Shown: piece by piece, positions 62,316 to 64,000 of the stretch
Position numbering within the stretch: the first letter of the stretch is position 1
How the letters are laid out: the number at the start of each line of letters is the position of its first letter
Source of the DNA: an uncultured Chloroflexia bacterium
GTDB lineage: Bacteria; Chloroflexota; Anaerolineae; CG2-30-64-16
NCBI GenBank assembly: GCA_963810095.1
Contig: CAWEMM010000009.1
Coordinates: 640,001-704,000 of the forward strand
DNA length: 64,000 nucleotides
Reading direction: 5' to 3'
The notes under the pieces: model-generated
Database searches by the model: none
Told to the model about the DNA's origin: nothing
The model's input: only the letters and a program-made list of their open reading frames with translations
Position numbers and translations under genes: made by a program

Positions 62316-63037
62316 CACGTGACCATGTCGCCCGGCAGGTGGTCCACCCGGTTCTGATAGCGGATGCTGACGCGGCCGTCGGGACGAAAACGAACCCGCG
62401 TGACGCCTGTGTTGTCGTGATGGAAGAAAACGTTCGCATCGACCGGCACGCCGACGAGCGCGCGCAGCAAGAAGGCGCCGAAGCCGCCGTGCGTGACGAT
62501 CGCGATGCGCTCGCTGCCCGTGCCCTGCTGGCGCAGCTGCGCCGCCACCCGAGCGGCTCGCTCCAGGAACGGGTTCCATTCCTCCCGCGTATGGCGCCAC
62601 CACCCTTGCTCGGCCACTTCGTCGGGGAGGACAGACTCGGGGAACTGCTCCGCAATTTCGGACCGGGTGAGGCCGGGGTAACCACGGATGCCTCCCTCAG
62701 CCTCCCCGTGGTCGAGCCACATCCCGCCTTCTTCGTGAACGTCGACCCAGACGTGCGGCTTGAGCTTGAGCGCCGCGCCGACGATCTGCGCCGTCTGGAG
62801 CGCACGGAGCATCGCGCTGCAATAGAGGCGGCCAATCCGCATGCCGTTGACCGGGGCATCCGACGGCTGGCCCTCGATCGCCTTAGTCTCGTGGTCGATG
62901 CCGTTCGCCAGGTGTCTCGCGACGAGTTCCGCCTGCCGGAAACCTAACTCGGTCAGCGGCGGATCGACGACACGGTCGTTTTGATCTGCAAGTGCGTTAT
63001 TCCATGATTGCGCATGGCGAATGATGAAGAGTTCCAT
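62315..63037 (-). CDS. Histidine phosphatase (phosphoglycerate mutase-like)
   Basis: IIRHAQS, DPPLTELG, CSAMLRALQTA, VTHGG, NTGVT. Confidence 0.9.
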   Translation of the reverse strand: MELFIIRHAQSWNNALADQNDRVVDPPLTELGFRQAELVARHLANGIDHETKAIEGQPSDAPVNGMRIGRLYCSAMLRALQTAQIVGAALKLKPHVWVDVHEEGGMWLDHGEAEGGIRGYPGLTRSEIAEQFPESVLPDEVAEQGWWRHTREEWNPFLERAARVAAQLRQQGTGSERIAIVTHGGFGAFLLRALVGVPVDANVFFHHDNTGVTRVRFRPDGRVSIRYQNRVDHLPGDMVT

Positions 63038-63092
63038 GAGGGGCGATTGTAGCACGAAACACAGGCTCGCCCGAAAAGCAGGCTCCCGTTTT

Positions 63093-63164
63093 CACCACGA
63101 AGACACCAAGACACGAAGCGGCCCTGGGGCTTTGTGAGCTTCGTGTCTTGGTGTCTTCGTGGTG
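63093..63164. repeat. Family A repeat copy
   Basis: 27-bp perfect inverted repeat CACCACGAAGACACCAAGACACGAAGC / GCTTCGTGTCTTGGTGTCTTCGTGGTG. Confidence 0.85.
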
Positions 63165-63168
63165 CATG

Positions 63169-64000
63169 CTACTCCAGCTCTTCGCGGATCTTCCAGTAGC
63201 TCTCGAGCCGCATCCGAGACAGCCGGCCCGCTCGCATGGCCGACTTCACGCCGCACCACGGCTCGCGGGTGTGCGTGCAGTTGGCATACTCGCAGCGCTC
63301 GGCGTGCTCGGCAAACTCTGGATAGTACTGCGGCAGATCGACCTGCTGCAGCCCGGCCAGCCCGTACTCGCGCATCCCGGGTGTGTCGACGACGAAGCCG
63401 CCCGCTGCGAGCGGATGAAGGCTGGCCTGAGTCGTGGTGTGCCGTCCCTCGTGCCTGCGGTCGCTCACCTCGCCCACTCGCAGGTTCAGGCCCGGCTCGA
63501 CCGCGCTAAGCAGCGACGACTTGCCGACGCCCGAGAGCCCGGCGAGGGCCGTCGTGCGCCCGGCCAGCACGGCCCGCAGCTCGTCAAGGCCCCGGCCTTG
63601 CACCGCACTTGTCAGGATCACCTGGCAGCCCGCCAGCCGGTACGCCTGGGCAACCCCGTCGAGCTCCCACGGGTCTTCGGCCAGGTCCACCTTGTTGATG
63701 GCGATGATCGGCGCCAGGTTGTGCCGCAGCGCGCCGATCAGGTAGCGGTCGACTAGTTCGGGCCAGAACGCCGGATTGCGCCAGGCCGCTACGATCAGCA
63801 GTTGGTCGACATTGGCGGCGATCACCTGCTGCTTGTATACGTTGATCGGATCGGGCCGGGCGAGTGCGCTGCGCCTGGGCAGGATCTCATCCACGATGCC
63901 CTGCTTGTGGCCGTTGTGCGAGACGATCACCTCGTCGCCCACGGCCAGCATGTTGCTGTAGCCGCTGTGTTCGATCCGCAGCGCCTTACGCAGCGTGCAT
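63169..64000 (-). CDS. rsgA: Ribosome small subunit-dependent GTPase A, 5'-truncated by the window edge
   Basis: AVGD, AANVD, NKVDL, GLSGVGKSS, GRHTT, DTPG, CEYANCTHTREPWC. Confidence 0.95.
   Translation of the reverse strand, partial: CTLRKALRIEHSGYSNMLAVGDEVIVSHNGHKQGIVDEILPRRSALARPDPINVYKQQVIAANVDQLLIVAAWRNPAFWPELVDRYLIGALRHNLAPIIAINKVDLAEDPWELDGVAQAYRLAGCQVILTSAVQGRGLDELRAVLAGRTTALAGLSGVGKSSLLSAVEPGLNLRVGEVSDRRHEGRHTTTQASLHPLAAGGFVVDTPGMREYGLAGLQQVDLPQYYPEFAEHAERCEYANCTHTREPWCGVKSAMRAGRLSRMRLESYWKIREELE

Overview
64-kb, high-GC bacterial chromosomal segment. Gene content (FMN riboswitch-ribXY-type transporter, PT-rich lipoproteins, phasin/PhaR-like locus) suggests Chloroflexota, probably Anaerolineae/Caldilineae; this is an inference. 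About a dozen unrelated genes carry single-base frameshifts, most likely long-read assembly errors. From left to right: the tail of a RiPP-type modification cluster (nucleotidyltransferase, S26-like peptidase, HprK-like kinase); a bacterial alpha-2-macroglobulin; a GAF-TauE-DUF1634-lipoprotein operon; proteases; an antiporter/PII-like operon; an FMN riboswitch with an ABC transporter; glgA and housekeeping enzymes; a selenocysteine formate dehydrogenase operon; glgX; ansA; the glyoxylate shunt (aceK-aceA-aceB) next to a lipid/carbon-storage cluster (two patatins, two SCP2 proteins, SDR, acyltransferase, phasin, PhaR-like regulator, no phaC in the window); a stand-alone GyrA C-terminal domain; a circularly permuted ROK-like protein; a histidine phosphatase; and partial rsgA. 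The most notable signals are a 17-bp palindromic operator shared by the aceA and phasin-phaR promoters, a 16-bp phased repeat array between aceK and a patatin, the permuted ROK protein, the GyrA-CTD-only protein, and two families of periodic palindromic intergenic repeats. No rRNA, tRNA, CRISPR array or transposase was seen.
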